Shown piece by piece: positions 25,410 to 37,695 of a DNA stretch of 64,000 bases. Position 1 is the stretch's first letter, and every line of letters begins with the position of its first letter. The notes below the pieces were generated by a model. The model did no database searches, had not been told where the DNA came from, and saw only the letters and a program-made list of their open reading frames with translations. Source of the DNA: Ostrea edulis. Taxonomy: Eukaryota. Both the position numbers and the translations under genes were made by a program. The stretch covers positions 40,486,001 to 40,550,000 of the forward strand of contig NC_079172.1 in NCBI RefSeq assembly GCF_947568905.1, read 5' to 3'.

Positions 25410-26060
25410 GGTGGGGGTGTTAATTTGTCTATAAGATGGGAGACATTTCGCTATATAGCCCTATTTCAGTGGGGTTAATGCTCCTAGTTAGCCAGATGTC
25501 CGGGGGTGGGGTGATAATTTGTCTATAAGATGGGAGACATTTCGCTATATAGCCCTATTTCAGTGGGGTTAATGCTCCTAGTTAGCCAGATGTCCGGGGG
25601 TGGGGTGATAATTTGTCTATAAGATGGGAGACATTTCGCTATATAGCCCTATTTCAGTGGGGTTAATGCTCCTAGTTAGCCAGATGTCCGGGGGTGGGGT
25701 GATAATTTGTCTATAAGATGGGAGACATTTCGCTATATAGCCCTATTTCAGTGGGGTTAATGCTCCTAGTTAGCCAGATGTCCGGGGGTGGGGTGATAAT
25801 TTGTCTATAAGATGGGAGACATTTCGCTATATAGCCCTATTTCAGTGGGGTTAATGCTCCTAGTTAGCCAGATGTCCGGGGGTGGGGTGATAATTTGTCT
25901 ATAAGATGGGAGACATTTCGCTATATAGCCCTATTTCAGTGGGGTTAATGCTCCTAGTTAGCCAGATGTCCGGGGGTGGGGTGATAATTTGTCTATAAGA
26001 TGGGAGACATTTCGCTATATAGCCCTATTTCAGTGGGGTTAATGCTCCTAGTTAGCCGGG
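25410..26060. repeat. 94-bp tandem array, ~7 essentially identical copies
   Basis: GTCTATAAGATGGGAGAC at 25427, 25521, 25615, 25709, 25803, 25897, 25991. Confidence 0.95.
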
Positions 26061-26833
26061 GGTGAGGGTGGGACTACTTTGATTATAGTCAGGTTTTCGA
26101 TGTGACAAATGGCTAGGGGGCAAGGTTACTCTTTTACTCTGTGATGGTGAATAAAGAATAACTTGAATTTTCAACATACCGTAGGTCGTAAATATCACTT
26201 AGGATCATCCACTATCCTAAAGTAATACTAAATGGCCAGGCATAAAGTAGATTTTCCGGAGGGGCATCCTACTTAGGGGGAGGTCTACTCTATAGCACCA
26301 GGGGCTTCATCTCATGCTCCACCAGGGCTTGGCCCTGGACACACTGGAGGCAAAACGGTGGACTCTTCAGACCCATTGCCTCTGAGGACTGGTCCACGCC
26401 CCCTCCCATCCGCACCCCTCTTAAGCTGAAACTTTGCATCCACAACCTCATATTCTGTCTGAGAAGCTGTATCGACTGATAATCGGTCTTTCTAAAGGTA
26501 CCTAATTTCTACACATTATGTTGTGTTAAACCGAATTAAAACACTGCATAAGAGATATTAAATGTGTTTGTATTTAAATAACTAGGGTAAAGGGGAACAC
26601 TGGCTATAGAGAAAGATTTCCCTTGGAAGACCTTCTATACAATGAGACTCCCCCCCACCCCACCCCCACCCCCACCCACCCCCGAATACTGGCTATACAG
26701 TGAAACTTCTTCCGGGGAAGTCTCACTATATAGCCAGTCTTCCGAGGAAAGCCTCACTATTTATAGCAATATTTAGAGGTCTCACTATATAGCCAGACTT
26801 CCGGCGGAAGTCTCACTATAGGAAACCCTTACT

Positions 26834-27111
26834 AGTTCGCTCATCAACTATGGTAACTAAAGTTGAATCAAAGTACGGTCGAACTGTCTTTGGTCGAAAC
26901 CGGAAGGAGTGTCACTGCGCATGTTTAGTCTACCATACAGCAACCTATGCTTGGAGAGTGATTGAACTTTAGTAACCGGACATGCGCATTGAAGGTCCGG
27001 AAGCAAGCTAGGCATGCGCAATGAAGTTTCGTAAGTCGACTAGACAACTACTATAGTTGCTGATCGAACTTACTTTGGTTCAACTTTGGTTTAATAGTTG
27101 GTGGTAGAACT
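26834..27111. mobile_element. ~280-bp MITE with ~50-bp imperfect TIRs nested in the foldback-like element
   Basis: AGTTCGCTCATCAACTATGGTAACTAAAGTTGAATCAAAGTACGGTCGA versus reverse complement AGTTCTACCACCAACTATTAAACCAAAGTTGAACCAAAGTAAGTTCGA. Confidence 0.6.
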
Positions 27112-27509
27112 CGGCTTATATAACAAGTCTTCCAGGAGAAGTCTCACTATGGGACAGTCTTATTATATACCGGTAGCCAGTCTTCCGGGGTAAGTCTCAC
27201 TATGGGACAGTCTTATTATATAGCCAGTCTTCCGGGGTAAGCCTCACTATGAGATAGTCTTATTATATAACCAATCTTCCGGGGGAAGTCTCACTATATA
27301 GCCAGACTTTCGGGGGAAGTCTCACTATGGGGAAGTTTGACTATATAACCAGACTTCCGGGGGAAGTCTCTCTGTAGGAAAGTCTTATAATATAACCAAT
27401 CGTCCGGGGAAGTCTCGCTATATTGCCAGACTTCCGGGGGAAGTCTCACTATGGGAAAGTCTCACTATATACTCAGTCTTCCAGCGGAAGTCTCACGATA
27501 TAACACTGG

Positions 27510-27804
27510 TCTCCCTAACTATGAGGTTAGAGCGCTCGCTTCGTGGCCGGGAGGTTTTAAGTAAGAGCCTTGCTCGTACATGTAACTCAGCCTCGTCAAA
27601 GACTTATAAGAATACAGGTATTGTCTGCTCGTTTGCCATGCAAATGCTCGGTGTTTAGAAACCGAAGTTCCGCTTCTCGACAAGCGTTGGCACGATGACG
27701 AACCCTCACTCCTACGGCTTTTAGCGTCAGAGCATAGGTATAACTTCGTGACGTTTCCGTAGGATTGAAAAATTCTCAAAGGGACGTAAAACAATAAATA
27801 AATA
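27510..27804 (+). mobile_element. Decayed tRNA-derived SINE (Meta-domain bivalve family, by recall)
   Basis: A-box-like GAGGTTAGAGCG, degenerate B box, central GGCACGATGACGAACCCTCAC and tail AAAATTCTCAAAGGGACGTAAAACAATAAATAAATA. The tail is shared with the copy at 54061-54327. Confidence 0.65.
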
Positions 27805-28609
27805 GTCAAAATCCTCATTTAGAATTATTACGGGATCAGTATGACTGACCGGCTCACAAAATACAGTATTAGATAAGAGCACTGTTCTTGCCGCCGTGTG
27901 AAGTGTGTTAGTATGCTGGCGTGAAGCTGTAATTCAAGTAAACATACAATAAAGCTATGAGTTTTTTATAATAAAAGTCAACATTTACAAGATATACAAA
28001 CCATGATAGATAGATACAAACTACACAATAGATAAATACATGTTTATATAACGAGGTGAGAAAAATCACATCAGAATTGTACTCTTGTCATAGAAATAGC
28101 CACACTGTATGTTGACAAAAAATCACTTTTAAAAAATGATCCGATATTTTACCGATTGTAGAATTATTACACCATTATTTCAGTTTTTCTTGTGATTTAT
28201 ATCACACTACGTGTACATATCGTATCCTACGTATAGATTCCACCTTCCGCCTAATCCTTATTGAGTAGTTGGCGAACATAAAGAAATACTGTAAACTACA
28301 GTAGATGGAAGACAATCCTGATAACCATTTAGAGTGTTCGTTTCTTTCAGTATAGTACAATGTATATCTTATTCAAAATATCTTAAGTCAAATGAATTAT
28401 ATGGACAAATGTTTAATATGAAGAATTTTCGGCCAGGCGAAAGTTTGCCCAACTCTTTGCCGAAAACCTCCGCTTCCGTGTCTATGTGCGGTATCCCCTG
28501 CCAAGTTGCACCTCATCGTTTCTGAAATAATATAGCAGTATTACATCTGAACGTCAAAATGGTCAATTTTAAACGGTGAATTCCATAAAACATTTTTTTT
28601 TTCTCTGTA

Positions 28610-28870
28610 ACCATCGTCGCAAACCACTGCTGAAACGTACGCTCCTCTCCTCTTTCAGGAAGAAACTCTCCTCTCCCCTTTCAGGAAAAAAAGGGGAGAG
28701 GAGCGTACGTTTCAGCTGTGGTTTGGTGAAAAGGTAATTTCTGTGGAAACAAGGGGTTGTCTAAATTCAGTTTTTCCAGTAAAGACCTACTATGAATAAT
28801 CCTCTCGCTCCACAGAAATTAGTGAAAGGGGAGAGGAGCGTGCATTTCAGCCGTGGTTTGCGGCGATGCT
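28610..28870. mobile_element. ~260-bp MITE with ~47-bp TIRs immediately 3' of the DUOXA-B stop codon
   Basis: ACCATCGTCGCAAACCACTGCTGAAACGTACGCTCCTCTCC versus the reverse complement of GGAGAGGAGCGTGCATTTCAGCCGTGGTTTGCGGCGATGCT. An extra internal palindrome lies at 28621-28724. Confidence 0.7.
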
Positions 28871-28872
28871 CT

Positions 28873-31800
28873 TTACCGAGTGTTATCGTAGAGATCGTCC
28901 ATTTCATTAGACTCGTCTGGAATTGGAGGAGGTGCTCGTCGTCTCGGTTTCTGCAGACGTTGTGTCAGACCACGTGATCTACGCTTTTCAAAATGAGGTT
29001 CTTTAGGTGGCTGTGGCTGGAACACCTGTGTGTATAAGGGAGTTTTACTAGTCAGTAACAGTCAACACTAAAAACAATTTCCTGCCATGAAATGCGTTAG
29101 TATACTTCGCACTACTGTGGGTTCGTCGGGTATTTGAATTTTTAATGGGAGGGAGGGGAGGTGTTCTGTTACCCACCGGAGGTTCGTAAATTTCATCGTC
29201 ATCATCGTCATCTTCCATTTGCATAGGGTAAGACGAACCGTCTCCGTGCGCTTCTCCGTTCTCCATTCTTCTCAGTTCGACGTCATCACCCTTCTTCTCG
29301 TTACTTAGTGCGAATGATTCTCCTGTGTATCAAATATGCCAACTTTGATTTATAGGGGAAGGAAGGGAGCGACATATTAAGAAATTCCACGAAGACAACG
29401 ACAGGTTAATGTTTAATAGAATAGATAATCGATTGATTGATTGAATATTGTTTGACGTCTAGATAATTGAAATGAAATACCTTCCACGAACGTCTCAGCT
29501 TGTAAAGGATCTACACCAAAGAAAGATGTAATCGCTTCTGGATATCGAAGATCTAGGATCCAGATCACGGCACCCAAAACTATGCACATTATCCCTATCA
29601 AAGTTTTCAACGAGGATTTATTTCTCATTTCATTTCATACATATGTACTTTTGACAATATGGTATATTTCGTTACCTGTATAAGTTTAATGTTTTTTAGT
29701 AATTCATAATAAAATGAAAAGGCAGCCAAACCTGTGAACAAATTAACATAAAAACACGGTCCGAAATGGAACTCCAATTTGTGTTCGGCGCTGAATGGAA
29801 TGATAAGCTCGTTCACGTTTCTAATGCTGGCCCAAGCAATATTAGCTCCCACCATAGTACCTCCGGTCAACATCAATAGGTATGCTCCATACTTTAGCAG
29901 TATAAAGAACAGAATGATTGTCAGGATCCACAGAGGAAGCGCGAGCCTGCGAGAGGTGTAATTCCATTGTTATCATAGGCAGATTTGATTTGCTCAAATT
30001 TCTGTTTTCAAAAATAGCATTTGAATATTGAGTCATTGGTTAATTTTAAATGTTCCCCGTAACCTTTGTTTATTTACTTCTTTTTTTTTTTTTTTCTTTT
30101 TTTTTTTCTTTTTCTTTTACCCTTTTGATTTTTCGGAGGAATGCATACATTTTTCAAAAGAATAGATTTAATGTCGAAGCGTCTGTAACGAAATCAATAC
30201 ACATACAATATATAACCTTACCACATCATGATGTGGGCGTACCACCCTGCCTGTCTGTAATGACGCCCCCATCTGATCCCCTCCCCGTCAAACGTGAAGT
30301 ATTCGGCTATCCAGATAATGGGTAGGGGAGTACCTCGAAACTGGGCGGCTCGAAACTCTTGGTTGAAACGTCCAGCTACAATAGAAATTTTAACAGTACA
30401 CAGTACACATAGAAAGTTGAAGGAATTCAAGGTCGAAACGACTACTTCAAGAGGTTGCAAGAGGCACCGACAAAGTTATCAATACGATGTTACATAATCT
30501 CGCCAAAAACCCGCCATATCTATCGAGTTTTGGGGTGTGTGTTTTTTTACCAAATATTCCAAATCCCAGTCTCCCCTGTTCCCATCTCCAGTCAAAGTTT
30601 TCGTTGTAGTTGATGGTTTCATTGAAAGGTCCCCGATTTTCTCCTTCAGCTGCAATATCACAAAAAGTGTAATCTAAAATAATGTGTTAGTGAGCACCAC
30701 GATTCATCGGACACCACGTATTACGTATTTTAGAAGTTTATTTCCGAAGGTAAAGGATCCGAAAGACAAAACAAACAAATAAACCTTGCTTTAGTTCAGT
30801 TACATCATTGCAGGCGAACTGATCGTCAACAAACAAATAAACCTTGCTTTAGTTCAGTTACATCATTGCAGGCGAACTGACCGTCAACAAACAAATAAAC
30901 CTTGCTTTAGTTCAGTTACATCATTGCAGGCGAACTGATCGTCAACAAACAAATAAACCTTGCTTTAGTTCAGTTACATCATTGCAGGCGAACTGACCGT
31001 CGTATTTTTTAGTTTCACATTGACTTTTTGCCATATACTTTAAAACCTTTTTTGTCAAAACTTATGCAGATTAGTGAGGATTACTTCGATATTTTTTATA
31101 TACTGTGGGTATTGAACAAATCAATCGTCTACGAAAAGGTGAAGATAACGAACAGTTATTAATCTCATAACTCCTATGAGGAATACAAAATAGAGTTAGG
31201 CAAACATGGACTCCTGGGCATACCAGAGGTGGGATCAGGTGCCTAGGAAGAGTAAGCATCTGACTAAACAAGATCGCGGAATTAACGTCTCGCGAAATAT
31301 ATGTAATTTACAGTACATGCAGTGAAAGAAAACAGTAACCGTTTTAGAACCCTATGATGTAATCCTAAAATGATCTATGGCAATCTCACATTTTTTATCA
31401 TCGCCTGATAATCACTGTAGAAAATTGAAATTCGCCTTAGTTTAGAAACCTAATAAAGTGACGTTCACAAGCGTGTAGATCACAGATCATGTTTCCTCGA
31501 ATCTCCATCTTTACTTCGCTCCTTGTTACACAAATATACAAAGATGACCAATCATCGTTGGTAACCCATGGTTACCTCAAGATAAGAGATGGTGAGACCG
31601 ACCGTGGGTTACCGTTGATGATGGCCAATCAGATTTGGCGAACCTTTCAGTGTGACGTTGATGCCTCGGAGACTCATTAACACCTCGATGTCGGCGGTTA
31701 TCTCCCCTGCCGATCCCGCCTTGTATTTGGTCCGTACATCCGTGGATTCTGCCGTCTCCCAGAAACCATAGTTGCACACTGCGCACAATCAGCACAGATA

Positions 31801-33024
31801 TCAGAAAATCAAAAGAAATTGTTGCTTACATACTTGTAATGAATCAGATAATTAACTCTAAAATTTCATCAATGTCTGACCACCAAAGTCTACAACAATT
31901 ATCGAAACAATTGTTGTGTAAAAATATCTTAATTTCGTTTGATATTTTAATGTATTCGAGGGTATGTATACCCAAACGATGTCAGTATTTTATAATTCTT
32001 TTAAATTGATTTTGATTGTATGTACTGTATCATACTAATACTCTTTAGAATCCACTTACACATTATGACTCCGCCGATGTAGAGCGTCACAGTTATGCGA
32101 ATGAATGCGAAGATTCTCTAAAAATATACATCAAATTATATAATTATACAATTTGGCATACATTCATATTGTTTAAAACAAGGTATCCTTCCTTTGTAAT
32201 CTACAGCATATCTGCATGCAATAAATATTCATTAGACACTCTTTGTCTTCGCGAATAAAATCACCTGTATATGTGTTTATTCAGTATAGTTATAAGTGTC
32301 ACACAAACTGTATTTTGCACTAGAACAAGAGAAAATTCCTCCGCCATTATTTTTTTCAGTAAAAATACTCTTTTCTGCGTATCAATATCTTTTCCTCAGG
32401 ACCAATATTAATACAAATTTTCACCATCAAACTTTGAAGTGTTAACAGTTTGTAAGCAAAATCAAAAACTATTTCAGAGGCACCTGTTTTGATGTTGGCT
32501 GTTTTCAGATTTCCTAAAAGTACGCGAGATATCTAAATTGAACAATGTTCTATTGATAATAAACTATTGATCCCGTATACAGGAGTGGTGTATTTGTCGA
32601 GGAAATTACCGACCTTTCAACAGACTATGGATGTAAGGAATAAATGTGGAGGATAGTTGCATTATAATGGAAGCATAGAGTAATTATTGCAAAATCGGTT
32701 TCACTAATTACACAAATTACCACCATATTTTCATGTTTTATACACCCTCATAATCCTGGCAACCATAGACATTTATTCACCAATTAACATCCGGATTTAT
32801 AGGATTACGACTTTTTATACCGGTTTGCCAGAATTCAGTGTCTGTGACCTTACCTCTTTCCCACGGATACCGGGAAGAATAACGAAGAAAGAAAAGCCTA
32901 AAATGACAAAAGCGTAGATGAGTCCGGATTCCAAGATATCTGCCATAAACGGAGTCTTGAAGGACTCGTAGTAGGTCGGGGCGCCATTGGACCGGAAGGC
33001 ATCGAAAAGGCCCGGAGAAGCCAT
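28873..33024 (-). CDS. DUOXA: Dual oxidase maturation factor (DUOXA/NIP family), paralog B, 414 aa
   Basis: Exons 33024-32854, 32117-32060, 31778-31644, 30649-30551, 30375-30222, 29946-29732, 29594-29481, 29322-29177, 29025-28873; GT-AG, total 1245 bp. Family motifs GLRGINVTL, INYNENFDW, PLPIIWIAEYFTFDGEGIRWGRHYRQAGWY and five hydrophobic segments. Confidence 0.92.
30773..31003. repeat. 58-bp tandem array (4 copies) in a DUOXA-B intron
   Basis: AAACCTTGCTTTAGTTCAGTTACATCATTGCAGGCGAACTGA at 30781, 30839, 30897, 30955. Confidence 0.9.
31132..31260 (-). mobile_element. Solo 3'-end (pLTR-like) fragment of a Penelope-like retroelement
   Basis: Reverse complement matches GATGCTTACTCCTCCTAGGCACCTGATCCCACCTCTGG...GTTATCTTCACCT seen at 34340-34470 and 55686-55815. 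Confidence 0.75.
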
Positions 33025-33149
33025 GGTCAACTAAATGTCGAACTTCCTGAATAAATCTGCAGAGAAATAATAAGCAGTGGAATGGTTATTTTCTTTCTTA
33101 GTAGCAGCATGTAATAAAATTTATCACAAGGTGTTTCATCAAAGCCATT

Positions 33150-34470
33150 ATTCGATCATATTGTGCCCAAACATTTGGCAGAAGTGGTGTAAATCAAATG
33201 TGGACGTTAAATAATTCTACTAAAGGACTTTCAGTAAATTTGAAATCACAAAACTTTTCTCAAGTCAACAACATCAAAACGTATGGCTTTTCAACACTTT
33301 ACACGACCATTCCTTACGATAAATTAATGACTACACTTTTTGACATCACAGACAGTTGCTTCTTCATCAAAAATAGGAAAGGGAAATATTCACATCTAGT
33401 TATCAGTATTTAAAAAAACATTACTTCGTTAAATATCACTCTGATTCTACGCACAAGTACTCTAAAGTTGATATTAAAAAGATGCTGGGGTTCCTTATTG
33501 AAAATATATTCGTAGTCTTTGGTGATTAGGTCTCCTAACAGTCTGTTGGAATTCCCATGGACACGAATTGTGCCCCTTTGTTTGCTGACCTTTTAAAGCT
33601 TCTACATGAGAGGAAGAAATATCTACCTGTGGCCTTCATTTCGACATTCAGATACATCGGCGACGTTTTATCTATCAACAATAATTATTTTCATTCATAC
33701 ATGTCGATTTGATATATACCAGAGAACTCGATATAAAAGGCAACACAGAGTCTTCCACGTCTGCTTCGTACTTAGATTTTTATTGAACATAGATGCTAAC
33801 GGCAAGCTTAAAAACTCAACTTAATCGCAAACGGGATGACTTCAGCTTCTTCATCGTCAAGTTCCCATATTTATGTAGCAATATTACATTATCACCTGCA
33901 TATGGTGTTTATATCTCTCAACTAGTTCGATACACAAGAGCTTTTTATGCAGATAATCAGTTTTTAAATCGAAGCAGGCTACTAAAAAACAAGTAGATGT
34001 TACAGGGGTTTCAACAGTCTCGTTTAAAGTCAGCATTTCGTAAATTATATGGTCGTTATAACGATCTACTTTGCACAATCTGATAAAAATCATATCTTAC
34101 AATCCACTCACGTAGATCGCTACACATCTTTACACTAGTGTAGCGATCTACGTTAGTGGATCATAGGATATTATTATTAAAATCAGATTGTAGTTTGCCA
34201 GTAAAACCCGTCATTGGGTCAAATGCTGTCTGGCGTGTTTCATACCAATTGTTAGGTCGTTCTTCACACATTGATTTTGACTACTCCGTTTACCTGATCA
34301 AGATACAGGGCTCACGGCGGGTGTGACCGGTCGATAGGGGATGCTTACTCCTCCTAGGCACCTGACCCTACCTCTGGTATATCCAGGGATCCATGTTTGC
34401 CCAGCTCTTAATTTTGTATTTCTTATAGGAGTTATGAGATTGATCACTGTTTGTTATCTTCACCTTTTGA
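33150..34470 (+). pseudogene. 5'-truncated, decayed Penelope-like reverse transcriptase plus 3' terminal repeat
   Basis: Frameshifted segments RSGVNQMWTL, IKTYGFSTLYTTIP, GIPMDTNCAPLFADL, FRYIGDVLS (YIDD mutated), KRDDFSFFIVKFPYLCSNI and SPAYGVYISQLVRY, followed by the GGTGTGACCGGTCGATAGGGGATGCTTACTCCTCC terminal repeat. Confidence 0.8.
34075..34191. mobile_element. ~116-bp palindromic insertion inside the Penelope-like fragment
   Basis: Arms ACAATCTGAT...ATCCACTCACGTAGATCGCTACAC / GTGTAGCGATCTACGTTAGTGGAT...ATCAGATTGT. Flanking repeat TACTTTGC/TAGTTTGC. The uninterrupted site GATCTAGTTTGCCAG is present in the copy at ~55527-55541. Confidence 0.75.
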
Positions 34471-34494
34471 CTTGTTTTATATTGACATGTCACT

Positions 34495-34820
34495 TATTTA
34501 CTCGCATGTTAACAGAAGTAAGTCGCATGTCAAGATAATAAATCGCATTTCAGCATAGATAAATCGCATGTCGATATAAATAAATTGCATGTCAACATAA
34601 TTACGTTGAATATCGACTTAAAAAATCGCATCTCTGCATAAAAAAGTCGCATGTCAAGATAGATATGTTGCATCTTGCCAGTTTCATTTCATATACTGTA
34701 AAAGTAAATTCCATGTAAAAGTCAGATTCTCTACATAGATTGGCAGCTTGCATGTCAACTTAGTATCTTGCATGCTAGCATATTTTTCTTGCATGTTGGC
34801 ATAATCTATCTTGCATATAG
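34495..34820. repeat. Degenerate ~20-bp GCATGTCAAC-core repeat cluster (probable MITE remnant)
   Basis: Repeated TCGCATGTCAA(C/G)ATAA and TTGCATG motifs in both orientations. Confidence 0.5.
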
Positions 34821-35075
34821 GGGGCAGAAATATGCCACCATAAAGATGCGCGACAGATATATAAGCGCACGGAGAGAGTACATCTCATCATGGACGAATT
34901 GTTACAAAAACAGTAAAACTCGCGAATGTGCACGTGTTTTCGAGGGAATATCTAATATCAGCGCCGATAAACATTCAAAGGTGGGGACCTAAGTTTGTAT
35001 CTTTTCCGCCCAAAAAGGGTCTTATTTTTAACAGTCAAAAATTATTCAAACAAATGTGGGGGGGGATTTCCTGTA

Positions 35076-35078
<3 letters not shown>

Positions 35079-35122
<44 letters not shown>
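35079..35122. repeat. (CT)n microsatellite
   Basis: Direct reading. Others: (AT)n ~42422-42477, ~43440-43493 and ~47077-47120; (CA)n ~46535-46593; (AG)n ~53008-53049. Confidence 0.95.
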
Positions 35123-35125
<3 letters not shown>

Positions 35126-35369
35126 TGTAAGTTGTAAGTTATCTTTCAGTATGAATTTTATGAGATAACCACATACATGTATACCGTGTTATATAGCGTC
35201 AGAAATGTTAATCACATCTTTTCTTAAGTGTGTTGGTGTACTCTCTCAGTGCTATAACTATGACTAAGGAAAATGACTCTTATCCTATCTTGTACTCTGA
35301 AACATTTCACACTGCACATGCATTTAAACCTTTGAACGATGAGAACCATCTCTGGTGGATGAAAACGAG

Positions 35370-35655
35370 CAATAGATCCCTCCGCACCGGCAAAGCCGAC
35401 AGACACATGGACTTACTACAATAGATTCATCCGCACCGGCAAAGCCTACAGACACATGGACTTACTGCAATAGATTCATCCGCACCGGCAAAGCCGAAAG
35501 ACACATGGTCTTACTGCAATAGATTCATCCGCACCGGCAAAGCAGACAGACACATGGACTTACTGCAATAGATTCATCCGCACCGGCAAAGCAGACAGAC
35601 ACATGGACTTACTGCAATAGATACATCCGTACCGGCAAATCCGACATGAACTTAC
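35370..35655. repeat. 49-bp tandem array (~5.7 copies)
   Basis: Unit CAATAGATTCATCCGCACCGGCAAAGCCGACAGACACATGGACTTACTG. Confidence 0.9.
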
Positions 35656-36138
35656 TGATTCAAATGTACCTCGATCCCCTAAACTTTGTTTCAGGAGATT
35701 TAATATTTAAGATACCACGCTTGTTTTCTATCTACAGCTAAAAAGTGCTAACACTAGGATTTGAAGAAGAATATCACAGTTTGTGTGAGCACATCATTTC
35801 CGGAAATCGTTGTCGTTTCAATAAAACGAATAATAATTTCATTTCAGTTTTTACTTATGAGTAATGCTATAAAGCACTCACTATCCTTTTATACTAAAGA
35901 AATTATCAAAGTTGTCCTATCCTCGCTTTACGTCACAATTTTAAAAGTAATTGCGGAACTGTGCTTCCGTTTTCCGAAATGTGGTGATGGCGTAATACAA
36001 AATACGAGTTATTCCGAACTTGGACCAAAACGGGCATAACTTTAAACATGGATGATTTAAATGACAAAATGCAAAATTGTGTTTTTGTACCCAAATATAC
36101 TGTTCATATAAGCAGTGGACATCTTCATCATGAATATA

Positions 36139-37695
36139 TACTACTCAAAATTTGATAAGGATCACTAGGTTATATGTGTGTAATTTACCACTAACATAAC
36201 AAAAGACATAAATTTGACTCAGAAACGTGTTTACTCAGGTTATGAATGAAAATTCATGAACGGCATGAACTTTTATCAATACGGAATGCTTGAAATCTGA
36301 TAACAACACCAAAAGGCATTTCATTACAAAAAGTTAACAGCAAACCAGAGAAAGAATTACACAGTTTTGGGGGATAGTCCATCATTACACTTAGTCGATG
36401 AAGTGTCAATACCGGGTATGGCCTCCCCTTACATCAATGACGGCTTGACAACGTCAAGCCATGCTGTCAATAAGCACCCGGATGTTTCCATTGGGAAGGT
36501 TGTTCCACTCTTCCACGAGGGCGTTTCCGAGCTCTGCCAAAGTCATGGGTTGTGCTCTACGGCGTGAAAGGGCAATCTGCAGCATGTTCCATACATGCTC
36601 AATCCGGCGAGCGCGCTGGCCAGTCCATATGGACAATTATCTCCTTCTGAAGGTACTGCTCCACCACCCTGGCGCGATGAGGACAGGCGTTATAATCTAT
36701 CAGGATGAACTCAGGGCCAACAGCACCAGCGTAGGGTCTGACGTAAACATCGAGGATCTCATCCCGGTACTGCACCCCCGTCATTGTTCCTCTCTCCAGG
36801 ACATGAAGATCTGTTCTTCCATCCCTGCTGATTCCACCCCAGACCATGATGGAACCACCACCATAGCGGTCATGTTCACTGATGTTGGCATCATGGAAAC
36901 GTTCACGTTGTCGTCGCCACATTCGGTGCCTCCTGTCTGTAAAGTCCAAACAATACCCGGACTCATCAGTGAACAGAACTTGAACCCAATCGTTCTGTGT
37001 CCAAGTGACATGATCTTCAGCCCAGTCCAATCGCTCCCGCCGGTGTCGAACAGTCAGAGGGACTCGAACACATGCCCTTCTCGAGTTGAGACCTGCATTC
37101 TGAAGTCGATTCCGTATCGTCTGAGTGGACACATTCACCCCCGAGGCGTTCAGGAGGTCGTTACGTAGGCTGGTTGCTGTCCAGAAGGGATGGCGTCGTG
37201 CCTGAAGAGCCACAAAATGGTCTTGGTGTTGGGTTTTCGACCTCTGACGACCACCCCCATGTCGATGTGCTGCTGTACCAAAAGTTTGCTGTCGGTTCCA
37301 GGCCCTGTTTACAACGCTCTGACTGACATTTAGTGCATTTGCAACGTCACGTTGTGAATAGCCAGCGTCAAGCATTCCAATACATCTGCCCAGTTGTTCT
37401 GTCGTCAGGCGACGCCTTACACGTTGAGGGGGCATTGTGTTGATAAACGTAGTGTAAACACTCAAGTGAGTTTGAAATTTTAGAAAGAATCAGACACCGA
37501 TGCCTGAGTGAAAATCGTGCAATGGTAGCAAAAGCATAAACTGTGATGAGAAACGCATTTCCCATGGCATGTAATGCACGTGCAAGTTTGTTGAAGACGG
37601 TTTTTATTTCACTTGGACACAATATTGCCAGTTATGCAGTTATTAATTTTTTAAACAGAAACATATCTATGATCCTTCTCAAATTTTGAGTAGTA
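36139..37695 (-). mobile_element. Full-length Tc1-like transposon, ~1557 bp
   Basis: TIR TACTACTCAAAATTTGATAAGGATCA versus TGATCCTTCTCAAATTTTGAGTAGTA (1 mismatch), with TA flanks. Confidence 0.9.
36406..37435 (-). pseudogene. Tc1 (DD34E-type) transposase with catalytic substitution and late frameshift
   Basis: MPPQRVRRRLTTEQ..., VLFTDESGY, VWGGIS, second catalytic motif DDNA(R)PH changed to DYNACPH. WPARSPD is followed by a short deletion that shifts the frame before IEHVWN. The terminal GGHTRY-TGA ends at 36406. Confidence 0.88.

Larger units (their letters stand above)
24665..27509. mobile_element. ~2.85-kb foldback-like non-autonomous DNA element with inverted subterminal repeat arrays (unclassified)
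   Basis: Ends GTGTTATATAGTGAGACT / AGTCTCACGATATAACAC. CTGGCTATATAGTGAGAC-type motifs occur at the left end, and >12 copies of the reverse GAAGTCTCACTATATAGCCAG type occur at 26700-27500. No TSD resolved. Confidence 0.6.

Noticed and set aside
33150-34070. Selenocysteine read-through (Naiad-type) in the Penelope-like RT
   Set aside because: The fragment is broken by frameshifts, non-TGA stops and mutated catalytic residues; ordinary decay explains it and no SECIS was recognised.
36461-37168. 235-aa plus-strand ORF
   Set aside because: Antisense shadow of the Tc1 transposase; no independent motifs.
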